The translations under genes and the position numbers were made by a program. Shown here one piece after another: positions 12,201 to 25,400 of a stretch of 64,000 bases of DNA (its first letter is position 1; each line of letters opens with the position of its first letter). The notes under the pieces were generated by a model. That model was not told the origin of the DNA and made no database searches. It saw only the letters and a program-made list of their open reading frames with translations. The stretch is taken from contig JAYWIR010000011.1 in NCBI GenBank assembly GCA_036172245.1, positions 992,001-1,056,000 on the forward strand, in the 5' to 3' direction. Origin of the DNA: Raillietiella orientalis (lineage: Eukaryota).

Positions 12201-15200
12201 TCCAACTGAGTGCAGTGATTAATGATTATATGCCAACGTGTGCAAACACAAGTTCTGCTGGCCTCATAATGTCGATCATTCTCATTTCTGGGGCTCCGGG
12301 CGGATGAAGGAAATCGCTTGAGAATCGCTATGGGAGATTCCAAACGAGGAACTACGGAATCTATTTGGACCTATTCCTCGGATCATGAATTTTGGAGCAG
12401 GGCACTTTTGAGCAGCTTAAGAGCGCCCATGGACGAACTCGAAAATGGAATGCGCGGTGCTTTTTCCAAGCGTGAAAAATTTTCCGTTCCTCCTTCCTCC
12501 TCCAAGAGGCGGGAATGAATGGGAAGATGGAAGAGTGCGGCGTAATCGCTACGAGCGTGGGCTGCGTGCGTACTCGTTCTTGCGTGATTTTACTACTCTG
12601 GAAAGAGCTACCGATATACGCGAGGTGCAACAGTCTTTCTGGCTGTGTGTTGGGAAAGGTCACGTGGCTGTGGGGGTCGAGTGAGCAGGCGATCGACACT
12701 CACTGAAGGTGAACACATACGTGAAGGCATTCGTGATCTACTCGCCCCTACTCAGTTTACCTTTGCGTTACCAACAAGCTTAACCAGGCCACCAGGAGTA
12801 CGATATGCACATCACTGGCATTAATATCGTAAACAAAGTACGAAAAATGGAACCTTTGCTGCTCATCGCATAATTGATATGGCGCAGGCGCGTACGATTT
12901 GCGTAGCACGCGTATCACCGTGACGTGTGCGTGTTCAGGAATGTGCGCTGCGAAGGTGAGCAAGGATTACGCAATCCCTTGCCGTTGCAGCCTTGCCGTT
13001 GAGCTTGCAGTGACGGTGAGAGTTTGGAGAACCCTTCGCTTCCCTCCAGAAGCGAAGTGGACCCAGCCGTGATTTTCCAAGAAAGAATTGCCTGCTTTCT
13101 TCCCCATCCTTTGGGAGTACGGCTGACGGCGAACCAGCCATGAGATGGATGCGTAGCTCGGAACAGTCTTCCGATACCACTAGTCATTCGTCAGTGCTCA
13201 AACTCCTGTTCCAGCATATTTTTTTTTTTTCTTCCTTTTTTTTTTTTCTCCACTGATTAGCAGGACGACGTTTGTGCAGGGCAGCAGTCACGTTGTGGTC
13301 CCGTGATGCGAGCTGTAGACCGACGTTCCGATTCGTGGAGTATCCCTCGTCGAGTCGAAGAACGGATAAAGCAACTATGGGGGAAGGACAGTGAGAGTGA
13401 TCCACTTTTCTTCTTTTTTTTTTTTCCTTTTATCCTGGTGTCCCACTAAGGAAACTGGGGTCTCAGTAGCATGAAGAATTGATGCGCGCGTCTCTTCTCT
13501 CTCCTGCGAGGAAAAGCTCCGTTCTCTTCACAGTGGCACCTCTGAACGCCTTCCCAGATAGTGTGTTTGCATACTTTCTGTTGAGTGTTTGGCATGTGCC
13601 CTGGAAAGGGTATACAGGAACGAAGAGGGCAAACCTGGAACGCGCGGGAACATCTCGAAAACTCGAAGACCTTTCTCTGCTAAGCCAATGGAGGCAAAAG
13701 TAACAGAAGACAGAAGCTGACAAGGAGGTATCCGGGATTTCTGGGTAGAATCTGTCACCACGGAAACTCGAAAGCATCGGAAGATGTTGCTTTGATTTTG
13801 TTGCGCTATCGGTGCCACAGCCATCGTGTGCTCTTCACGGGAGGAATTTCTGCCCCTTTCGAGGAAGTGATCTGACCCCAGAAAATGAAAGGGGAGTTCA
13901 GTTCGAAACTTGGAGGGAGGGATGAACAGCCAGACGATGCAGCGGTTTCCGTTGCTGGACATCCCCCACCCACCCCCTCCCAAAACGCTTTCTGCAGGTT
14001 GAGGCGTTTTCCCGATTCTGCGCGAAAAGCCATGCAGGATGGGTTCATGCTCGAAACAAACAAAAAATTCCCAAGATGCACTTCAGGATGGGGAAGGTGT
14101 TTTCTCATTCACGCTTCGTCAAATTATCAACTCCATTAATAACAGTAGATTCGGTACGAAAATCTTGCGCCTTGATGCAGAAAACAGGATCCCCACGGCG
14201 TCTGCTTCTAGATTCGGATCTGTGGAAGCGGGAAAAAGTGTTGCAGCGAGCAGTCACGGTGGCAACATGGGTGCCCACAGCATTCACGATGGCGCTTCTT
14301 CGCGTTATTTAATGAAACGTACGCATTTAGGCGTTGCGAGGACGCCGCCACAATTCGGTGAGGACATTAACTGTCCAAATCGTCTACACAAATCTCCTCT
14401 TCGTATGGCTGTACAATGTGCTGATGGGGTAACGTGGGGATCGCTGATAAAGGGAGGCGCTGTTCTCGAAACTGTGGGCACAGAATGAAGCATCTCTCTT
14501 CTCTTTGTATCTTGAAAAGCTCATCCAATGCTTTAAGCTCGAACGTTTGGTGGAGAAGGGAGGGGGAGGGGAAACCTTGGTTTCCGCCTTAGGGATAAAA
14601 TCTGTCTGGAAGATAGGAGCTCCCTTCTCAAAAAGCACAGGCCAGACGACATTCTAGAAAGACCCGAATGGTTCTAATCATCGCCTTACTTTGGTCTTCT
14701 TATTTCAAATGGTAATGTACGGGATTGTACGCGATCAACAATCTTTTAAGTATATCGGAAAGGGCACTTCCATGCTCGCCCCCCATTCATAAGTAACCAA
14801 GAGAAACGCGAAATCAGGAAAAGGGAATTTTAGGAGCGAGGATCACGGGTGTCGAGGTTCTGCTGAGATTTTCTGCGAAATCGTGATGCAGAGCAAGCAG
14901 AAGCTGGTGAGGAATCCACCAGTCGTCATGGTCAATCCAGCTCCACCTGGATTTCTACGCGATGCTGCAAACCTCCCGTGGTTGCAAACCCTGACTGCAG
15001 GATATCTCAAGCGAGGAGTCAACTTGTCCCTTCTTATGTGTGCTCCAGTATAGAGAAGTCGCCGGAGAGCATGCGTTCCAACAGGAAGGGCGCAGAGTGG
15101 ACATCGAACTGGAAAATACGGTGTGACGTCACTCGCGTGCGCGGAATAGAAATCGGGTGCATCGGGCGGCCTCTCCGATCGCAAAGTTTCTCTTTGGCAT

Positions 15201-17947
15201 TCATGCCGAATAGAACGGGCATCCCTATCTCAGGGATAAGGATCCCCCTGCGGAAAGAGACGGTTCCATTTCGCATGGGATCGTCGGGCCAAAGAGTTAC
15301 CTGGATGCTCGACGTCCAGCCATCCCCGCAAGGGAGGAAAAGAAACAGGAACAAGAGATCGAAGATGAAACAGCAATGTGCTATGATGAGTCAAAGCTGA
15401 GGAAAGGATGAAGGCGTCAACCTGCTACCGAATACCTGAGCGTTTTCTCAAGGAATCCACGTCAAAGAGCACCAGTCCAAACTTCTCGTGATCAGTTCCA
15501 GGCTGCATGAAAGGGAGGCAAGGAAGATTTTCCCGCCGTCTCGAACACGCAAATTTCTATTTTCTGAATCTTCGCCGAGGAAACCCTGGTAGCCTCCCGA
15601 TGCCTGGTAGCATCTTCCAAAAGTGTTTGCTTCTCCTGCTTGGAAACTGCTCGGCGATGAGAGCGATGCACCGAAACGAATGCTTGCAGACTGCTCATGA
15701 ATCCTGGCTGCAGAGGCTGCGAAGGAAGTTTCCTTAACGAGGTGCAAAGAAGAAGATGTGACTGGAAGCCAAAACAAACAGCCGAATGTTTCATACTGAC
15801 AGAAACATTGAACGGCAAGGGCAAGCGGTCTGCGAGACAACCTTTCGGTTGAGATTCCTGGTTGTCCTGGATGAGCTTGAAATTCGAGATGATGACATGT
15901 TATCTCGTCCCTCCTTAAGGTGATATGTCCTGCTGTAGGGGGATCTCCTCGATCAGCGTCATCTTCTTTCTCTGAAGTCAGGAACGGGTGAACCAACGCA
16001 GAGGAGCGAAGAAAGGCTTTTTTGGATTTTCCGCATCCTTTGAATCAGGGAACGGTTTCGGCTTCTTGCGCTCTTTGCTGGGGCTCTGAATTTGGGCCAT
16101 TCTCGCCTTGGGGAAGAGCGGAAGCGCGGTGGAAATCTGTGGTTTCACCTGGTAGCAACAAGCTTCTTGAATCTGGAGCTCTGAGGAGGAACCAGCAGGA
16201 TTTTCCCCGGCGTTTCAGAGGTGATTGGCAGAACTAGCAGATATGTGCAAAGAGTCGGGGGAAGGGAGCTGCGATTGCCCTGTTCATAAGTGAACCAGTC
16301 GTTTCCCTTCGTGCTCTGTAAATAATTTTAAAAAGCCGTTATGGAAAAGATTTCTCTTTGATCTTTCCCGTCAGAAACAAGATAAAGGCAGTGAGTAAGT
16401 TTGTTGGTTCCCCAAATCATCTATAGCTTATCTTCCTGATGCGAAGAAAGATCGAAATCCCTGTCGAAACCTCTGCTTGTAAGGCACGATCGTTTGGTTG
16501 GCACTTGTGGGAAAGGGAAAAAAAAAAAAAAAAAAAAGCAGGAAAAAAAATATGCTGGCAGCGCTTCCATTTGACCAAATGTATCTATCCAGGACGAGAT
16601 TGAGGGTGCCATTCCACGTATCGGACGTTTGCAAAGATTGCAGTTCCCTTGCTCAGAGATCGAAGCGCCCTGCGGCATGGGCGGCTTTCTTTTCTCACGT
16701 CGTTCGTCTACTTATCTGTTTTCGGTTCACCAGAGATGCTGGGAAAAAGAGTTGCATAAAACTCGCATTCGCTGGATCATTCGGGAACTCTTTGCTCTTT
16801 CACACCAGTGTTTCGTAAGATAAGAGCGCCGCTCTGTGCATGCTCGGCTTCGAAAAGAGAAGCCGTTTTTCATCGCGCATCCGAGTTTCGGGAAAATTCC
16901 TGCCGCATTATCCGCTCATGCCGATGAAACTGAAGTTGAGGATGATGGATGCAATCATCGAACTATTCCCTAGAGATGGGAATATAAAAGTAAAGAATAT
17001 CCCTCTAAGTTCTCGGTTTGTGCTTCCGTCTTGAGGATTCCCCTTTCTTCATACTCTGCTAAACGCGAATTAATGCCAAACTTTGGAGCATTTCTGTGAA
17101 AAGGCGGAGATGGATGAAGTGTCCTCAACTTCTTGAAAAGATTTAAATCGTCGCATCAGAGAAATCTCAATGATCCCATAAACACGGCAGCTGGAGAAGA
17201 AAAAAAAGTTCGCGTGTTTTATTTCCTTTATCTGCTTTTCGGAAGAGATAAACACCTTCAAGGGGAGCAGCAAACGCTCCGTCTTCCAGTTCTCTGATGC
17301 TGCGAGAGTGAGCAGCTACCGGAAGGAAAAATCGCAAGGACAAACTTCCAAAGCCATCACGGGAGGGTGATGATAGCTTTCTTGGAATCCAGGAGCACTG
17401 TTTAAGATGCGGAGATCAATTATCCAGCGCCATCCGCTCGTGGAGCAATGCGCATCCGGTTTCGACGACAAGGTGCTTCTAGACTGTTTCCTTCTTGGCT
17501 GTTGGGAAGCAATGAAAAAACAGCAGCTGTCTCTTTTTGTAGGCTACTCAGTAGGCTACTCAGATTTGCCTGCTTCGGGAAATATTAAAAGGCTTTTTTT
17601 CCGGACTCCTCCCTAAACTGCACGTGCGTATCGTGAGGAGATGCTTCATTCGAGCAGCATATTCATTCTCCTGAAGCTACCGACGACTTGTGATGCTGCG
17701 TCTTCGTGTGTTCGGAATGCACGCACAGAAGCGAAGATTTTCTTCCTCCTATTGCTTTCCAGGCACCCGCGACCTCTGCTCGACCGCCTTCGTGAAAAAG
17801 GAACTCCGTAATGGAGCGAATTCCCATTGACAAATCTGCTGATGGGCTGGATGAACCTCACGCTATTCATATCTGCAAGAGCGCATCTTCTACATAGGCA
17901 GAGGCTGTTTCGTGAAACTCACTCTCTACCTACGCCATAGAAAGGCC

Positions 17948-17988
17948 TGAATCACAAGGGATGGCGCTACACCATCCCTTATGATTCA
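17948..17988. repeat. Short hairpin (17-bp arms, 1 mismatch)
   Basis: TGAATCACAAGGGATGG (17948-17964) / CCATCCCTTATGATTCA (17972-17988), 7-nt loop. Confidence 0.85.
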
Positions 17989-19389
17989 TGGATTATGATT
18001 CCATGTTCCTTCATTCTTCCGCTTCTTGCTCCATGAAATCCTGATCCATCGCCCAATGAAGAATTCATCTGCATATCTTGTTAAATCATTGGGCTTGTTC
18101 CAATAACGCGGCAGATGCTCGTGGAATCAAATTCTCCGGTAGCAGTTCTATTTGAATGCATGGCATGATTATTCATTTGAATAAATGGGGTCCTCGAATC
18201 GACGCGTGTATAATACATGACGTGCCATAAAAGGTGCCAACTCAAATGCCTGTACCTCTTAAGAAGAGTTGGTCGCGGACCCTAGATTTCATTCCTGTAA
18301 ACTGTCAGTCATTTATCATTTCTGTGTAGTCTCATTGCTTGGTTCGGCACTCCACCTCAGAGGGTACGGTGGTTTTTGCTATCTATGACATCAGTTTCCG
18401 ATTCTGCATGCTGAGAATTCATGCACTTTTGAGCTTGACATCTTCGTCACATGAAGCTGCCTTGAAGGTGCTTTGCTCCTTTATTGTCTTGCAGCTTCAT
18501 TTTGCTGGTTTCCTCTGAGAACCTGTCCGTTCTTTGGAGAGTCCAGAGATCTCCCCACTAGTCGAGCAGGAGAAGGGTTTACCACTTTTGCGTGGATCGA
18601 AATCATCTCCAGAATTCTGGAACCATCTCTGAGAAGGAGTGTAAGAATTCAATCTTGTGTCCCCACGTCTCGCTTGGGTGCCGAGCTGAAAGCAGACTGC
18701 AGCGCGGAACAGATTCTTGGAAGTAGATAGGTGAAGACGTCTTTGAGCTCTAAGGAATTCTCCACTCCGAAGTTACTGGGAACTTTAAACTCCTTGAATC
18801 CGTCCATAGTCTTCGCATCGAGCAGGAGGCTGCTGAGTGTCAGAAGAAATTCATTGCTGGCTCTACCGCCAATTCGGAGAGCGCAATTCCCAGAATTGGT
18901 GAACGTGTGAAGCAGAGTTTCGTAGCCGTGTCCGTCGCGCCAGTGTTTTCAAGAGCGCTCATATTCAAACCCCAGAGTATTCGCTTTTATTGCATCCGCA
19001 GCGGAAGCAGCATGTGGATTGCCAGGGGCGTTCCCAGAGAGAGAAGTGTTTCTGGTCTGTGTCCGATTCACCCTCGACCTCGCTCTGGAACTCGGCTCAC
19101 TGCATCGCGTTTGCTCAACTCGGTCAGAGAGCACTCTAGGAAAGGCTGTCCTCATGCAACCTGTCTGCATCCCTTCGTGGCGAACCGGTCAGCCCATCTA
19201 CCTCTTGCTCTTCTCTTCCCGACTGCGTCTTCCTTAACTTACGGAAGAGGATGTTCATTCGGAATCCCGTACTCGCTCGGAACAGCAGACCGAGTGGTTT
19301 CTTCTGCTTCAGTTAGTGACGAGAGGTTCATAGCCACCTTTGCTTGCACATAACTTGGGCCTTTCAGAAAGAGGTGCCGTGAAGTGCTA

Positions 19390-19423
19390 CGGGACAGTCA
19401 ATTCCTGAGAATTGACTGTCCCG
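19390..19423. repeat. Perfect 15-bp hairpin
   Basis: CGGGACAGTCAATTC-ctga-GAATTGACTGTCCCG. Confidence 0.9.
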
Positions 19424-22400
19424 GATGGCTGACTTGGAAGACATAAGCTGATCCGATACCAATCAGAAATCAATTGCGAGATCAAATGTCCCTAATCCTT
19501 ACTAAATCTTGGGCTCAGTGGCCTCGCTTATAGCTACGGGAGACGTGGCCTCCGGTGGCATCGTGTGCCTCAACCTGACGTGAGATTTTCACACTAGTCG
19601 AGAATAGCAGAGCAGCGATTTGCCATCCACTTCACATTATTCCTTGAGAATGTTCAAGGCCTGCTGCCCTAACCATGCTGACTAAGCAGACGAGGGGATG
19701 GATGAGCTGTTCCTCTATCAGTTCCAAGTGAAGGGTTAGCTAACAGCCCTCTCATCAGCATAAAATTCCTTCAGAGTGGCCGACGCGAACTCGGGACGGG
19801 TTTCCGTGGATCTTAGTGCGCAGAGCGTAGCTGTCGTGCCTGCTCAAGGAGACGCACAGGTGACCTGCTACTGCTCTTGCTTGTGAACAAAAGATAGGAG
19901 CATGACCTCGACTCGTTGCATGTGTACAATGGCCGGCTGCTGCATGCAACATCTGCGACTTCTCTTCCTCCCCTTTGCTTGCTCCCCATCATAACCGAAG
20001 GCGGGCATCTATTCTCACAGAATCCTACCTCCTTCAGGAACGATCATTATTCTCCGGAAGAATGGTCTCTGCGCTCGCCATACCAAAGCAGCAATCCGGT
20101 CCTGACGAATGCTCGAAGCTTCCTGTGGTCTTCCTGAAAAATTCCCCCAACGGAAATGTGGAGTTTTTTATATGCATGACCGTGACTTGGAGCCTCTCCT
20201 AGCAGCCAATTCGATCTCTGTCTCAGCGCTTTCGGAAGATTTTTTGGTGGCAACTCACGGGAGTTTTGACTCTCATCAGTGCAAGCACAGCCGTTAGGCA
20301 GGATATCATTATGGAGTGCAATGCTACCCATGCCTACTGATTCTCTGACTGCAACCAGGAGAATTTTTCCCGACAAGAGGCCGATAAGTGGAAATGGATG
20401 AGCTCACCAGTTCCCTCAGAAAGGAGATCAGAAGTGGATTCCGCAAGCTGCAACCGTTCCAGGAGCGACCATAAGATCGCGTCATTTAGTTGTCCTCACT
20501 CCTTTTGCAAAAGTTCGTTCTACTTCCTAGAAGGGAGGAGCGCACAGGAGAGGAGAGCACGCATCCAGGAAGTAGCGTAGAGTGTGTGAAGGCGGGAAAA
20601 AGGGAAGATGGAAGAAGGGTCTAGGAGCAGCGGCCGTTACAGAAGTGCTGGGGACTTTTGTAAAAGGGTATAGATAGGGAAGGTTGAGCATTCCAAGCTC
20701 CCATGACTTCTCCGTAGACCTCCCGTGGAAAGCATTTTGAAAACCAAGATTAGGGCCTGTGCCTTAGGGGCAACCGATCCAAAGCCAGAGTCCGCGCGAA
20801 CGGGAAAACAGAAAAGAGAAAGCGCGCCGCTTGATGAGGGATCATTGCAGGAAGCCCCTGCGGACCAGAGACGTGCAACTGTGCCGGCAATCACTAGTCG
20901 TTCTTTCTTGAGCAGCCACTGTTTTCCTCCCAGGAAACTTTCACTTCCGTTCGTGGCAGTGATTGTTTGCTGTTGCTGCTTGCAAATTTCATCTGTGACT
21001 CCACATGCCACATTTGCTTGCGAAACGGGTGCATTGGTTTCAACTGGCTTCATCTGCTCTCTTCCTTCTTTCTTTCTTCTCGGATGCATGAAAATTAAGA
21101 TGTGCAGTTTATGCAGGAGCATTTTTCTCCCCCTCCATGGGAAAAAAACGAAAAAAAAAGACGCGTGCCTACACGGACCACACAAATCCGGTGCGCAGAT
21201 GCAGTGCCTTGATCCTCCCTCATTGGCAGCCTCTCTCTTCATGAGGAGCTCCCAAATAACCGCCGCTGCTGGTTAGAAGCGAAAATCGTCTCGTCCGGGT
21301 TCCCAGTCCTGGAACTAAGAGAAAGTAGTAAGGAAGCTCGTTCGCGTGGCATCTCCTGGGGCCTGGGGCCCCTGCTGCCATGTCTGCATACCTTCGCTAA
21401 CCCACTGGTCACACCCAAACTGACCACCTCGTTCCTCGACAGCCATATTTCTTGGCCTTTGACTCTGTTGAGGTTCTCGAGATACCTGCCCAGGAACGTT
21501 GTCCCCAATATGCTTTGGTGGGGAAGAGGTAAATCTGGAGGGGCCGGATCGAGGATGCACCCACCCGAAACCCGCCGATTCCAGAACGGGGAGGAGGAGG
21601 ACTTTTCGTTCCTTTTCCTAGCCAGCGGCTCCGCTATTTCGGGAAGCGCGAGCATGCGGGAGTCGTTCCCTTCGTGACCAGAAACAGAGAGAGTCTAGAT
21701 CGTGCTTTACGACTCCCAGACGAGAGAGAGCAAATCATCTTCGGAATAGGCTTTCTCTCTCAGGAGCGCACGGTCCTTGGCACAGCTGCGCTCATGGACG
21801 AGCGCTCGCTGCCCAGCCCTCGCAGAGCCACGTCATCCCGAGTGGCAACAGCTGCCACTGTGGGAACCAAAGAGCGAGGGAGATTCTGGACTCCGGCACT
21901 GTCCGAACCGTGAGGCTGCAAGCAGCCGCGTCTGCTAATGGGACCCCCCAGGGCGAGTGCCGCGTCGCGGAGACCACGCAGGAGGCTCGGCACAGAGGAA
22001 GGAGCGCGAAGGCGGAGTGATGCAGCTGACTCAGCAACGTTTCAAGAGATGGATGTCCGTGCTCGGAGTCCCGCAGGAATGCGAGTTGCCGCCGATGCTT
22101 TTGCCCTTCCTCTTCCTCAAGATTGCCGAGAGCTCCGGCTTGCTTCCGGGTTGCTTTTGCTCCCGGAAGGCCCGATGCATCCGTTTCTCGGATGCGAAGC
22201 AGCGCGGGCGCCCCCCTGGAGCCCTTCACGTGATGGATGAATTCTCGCGCCCGGTTTACGGAACGGAGACCTTCGTTTGAGTTCGGGAAACGGTTGTCAG
22301 GTTGGAGATTTAGGAAGGGAACAGGAATTCGAGGAGGACCCGTTTTCCCCGACTCCAGTCAAGCCGGGAGATCACCGAATAAGCGAAGAGGAGCTTCACC

Positions 22401-25400
22401 GAAGACATTGGCAGTGCACGAAAGATGCTCTGGAGCCGTCATGTACAGTTTTTTTCCCGATTGCCAGGGTGCGTGCTCAGAACTCCAGAACTTTTGCTCG
22501 TCCCACTTCGCGTCGGCCAGGAAGCGTTCCTCTGCAGCGGACGCTGCAGTGTATTCTATCTCGAAAATCAGCTCGTTGGCTGCTAGCGGCTGTGACCGGA
22601 AGGAAGGAGCTTCTTCGATCGCGTGCGTGACCGCGAACCAAAGACCCCAACTGAACCGGAGAGCAACAAGAGCACGAGCACACGGGCACGCGAAAGCGAA
22701 ACGAACTTCATCGCGTGCCTCATTCGAGTGGTCTGCTCGTGCTGTGCTGCTCACCTCCGCGCCAGATGAAGCGCGATCGGTGCAGAGCAACGCTGAAGTT
22801 TTTTCATCCGATCAGGCAGGGGCGTCTATTTTATAAAAAAAGTAAAAAATAAAGAATATAAAATGAACCAGCTGGAAATGCAGTTCTGACCGAAGACAAA
22901 AGAATTTCAAGGGGAGGGTCCGCCGGCATGCGGACCAGGATAGCAGAAAGTCCGGAACGGGGGAGGGGATCGGGGGACAGCAAAAAGAAACAAATAAATG
23001 CGGTGGGATGGGGGCATGGATCTTTTTGAGTTCGCTCCCTTGCGCACCAGGATGGAAACAGAAAAGGAAACACCGGGGAAGCTGAACTGAAGCAGCAACA
23101 CCAGTGGAGCAGTCCTCTCCTTCGTGTGTCACCCGTCGCTCTCACGGCGAAGGATGGCTTGGAGCACAGCACGGAACCGGCAAAACCAAACGAAAGAGAC
23201 ACAAAGGAAGGGCACCATCGTAAAGCGTGCACTACAGGAAGAACGAGGTTGTGTTCGCCGCAAGCAAGGCTTCATCTCCGGAACTGCCTTCAGATGAAAG
23301 GCCCTCTGAAGTTTGGCGACCTTTTTTATTTTCTCCCAGTCGAATCCTTCGCAAGGGGGATGCGGCACTGGAAAAGCGAGCGTTGATAGGGAACGAGCCG
23401 GAAACTCACGTTCGCCCGCATTGGAGAATTCTGGAAAGCATAAAAACACCAAAGGTCGGAGCAACTTCGAGGTTCTGCTGATCTGAAGCTATGACTTTCT
23501 TCACCGGAAATTTGCAAAGAGACTGCTGCATCTCCAGGAAGTTTCCGGCTGCCCCTGCCGAGATTTTTGACCATGGTTTCTCGTTCCCTCCCTGGTGCAT
23601 GATCCAGCGATTCCAATCCCGGGAAAATTTCGAAATCCCGAAACGTGGCAAGGGTAATTGCGCTGTCACTGGGAGGCCTAAAAATCCTGTATCATTAGCT
23701 AGAAAAACAACTCCTGTGAGTCCCTCGTGGAAGCTCCTTCAGGAGATTCTCTGTAAATAAAGAACGAAGCGTTCTAAATTTAGCATTCTGGAGAAAGATG
23801 AGAAACGTCATTCACGTTGATTTATGCGTTCTTATGCGTCCCACAGTGCACTGATAGAACGATTTCGGATCCTTCCGAAAACAGCCTCTCCTGGGTCCCT
23901 CTCGAAAATTCGCCTTGGTGCTGACTCGAAACCGCCGCTCCTCAATCCGAACAGACGGTCGGGTGCGAACCCGGGACAGGCGCGCCACCGCCTGCCACGC
24001 AGGCTTTCCGATCACGTCTTGCTTCGGGCCGTGAGCTCAGATTGGTCAGCCCCCTCACCCTGCGAGCAGACCTCTCGTGCTGGAGGACACTGCCTCCGGT
24101 GGGCCGCTTGAGACGTGCCCGCCTCCGGCCTGGCTTCGCGGCCGAACCGCAACCCCTTTCCGGCCGGGCTTTAGCGTCACGCCCTCTCCGCCCGGCGTCC
24201 TGCCCGTCTTTCAGGAGCGTGCTTCCCTTGGCCGACTCGCCCGGAAGGCGCGTTGCTCCAAGCAACCAGGCCGAGCGGGATGGCAAAAGGGAACCCTCTT
24301 CGGCTGCTGGTCGTATGGGGGGTCGGAAGGGGGGAAGCGGCTTGAAATGTGCCCGCGCCGCGATGCGTTGCGCTGCTCGCGTGACATGCTGCTGCGCCCG
24401 ACCCCGCGGGGTGTGTCCGCCAGTGGGACTTGCTGCCGGCCGAGATGTCCCTCTCGCGGCGCTGCGTCGTTGTCGCCGCCCGCGCTCTTCAGATTAAAGC
24501 GTCCGTGCCCCCCCCCCACCCCCGCACTGCTTGGCGCGAAATGGGATTCTCATGAGTTTACCTCCATGTCTCGAGTGCTTCCGCGCAACAGCAGAGACAA
24601 TTCGGAGCAGTCGGCCATGAATCACTGCCGGGCGCGTTATTTGACAGCTGATTCGGGAGGCAGGCGGAGGAAAATTCTCGAAAAAAAATAATAATAAATA
24701 AATAAAATAAAATAAGGACCTTGCAGCGCGCCAATCTGAAATGCCCGAGCGAAGAACAATTAGGCAAGGATTGTTATGGCTTCCTGGGCCTTTTCCTCTG
24801 CTGTCACAGGCTGTCGGGATAGCGAGAAGGGACCGCATGAGAAATGGTTCTTCGGAGAGCGGAGGTAAGGAAGGAGTCTCTCGAAGTTCGTCCTTGCAGA
24901 GAGCGAAGAACGCAGCTGGAGATTCCAGACGAGAGGATTTCGGCGCCCCCTCTGTCAAAGAGGCTGCGCGAGAACGCTGAGGATGGGGGAAGGGGAAGGG
25001 AGGGAGAGGGAAAAAAAGGGAAGGCGTCTCAGAAGACATCATGCCGTGCCACCTCATTTGTCTTCTTGGAGATCGTGTCGAACCCGCGGAGCGGTCGCGC
25101 GAGCGCGCTGCGCCGAAGAGGTGGCAAGTAGGCGGTGAAGCACCTGTTGCGGCAATCAGCGCGGGGAATCCCCAAGAAGTCCTGTGGAAGGGAGCGACCG
25201 CCCCCCTCCCCTTCCTTTCCCCCCTCGCCCGGTGGATGCCCGCCGCTCCAGAGAGCGGAGACGCGAAGGGCGGCTGGATCGCCAGACGAGAGGTAGTCAT
25301 CCTTCATCAGCGACGCGGCTTCGCCGATTCCCCTCGCTCCTCACTGGTGCTCTCCAAGATCTTCCCCATGACGGAAGCCGATGACAGAGGTGGCCGTCCC

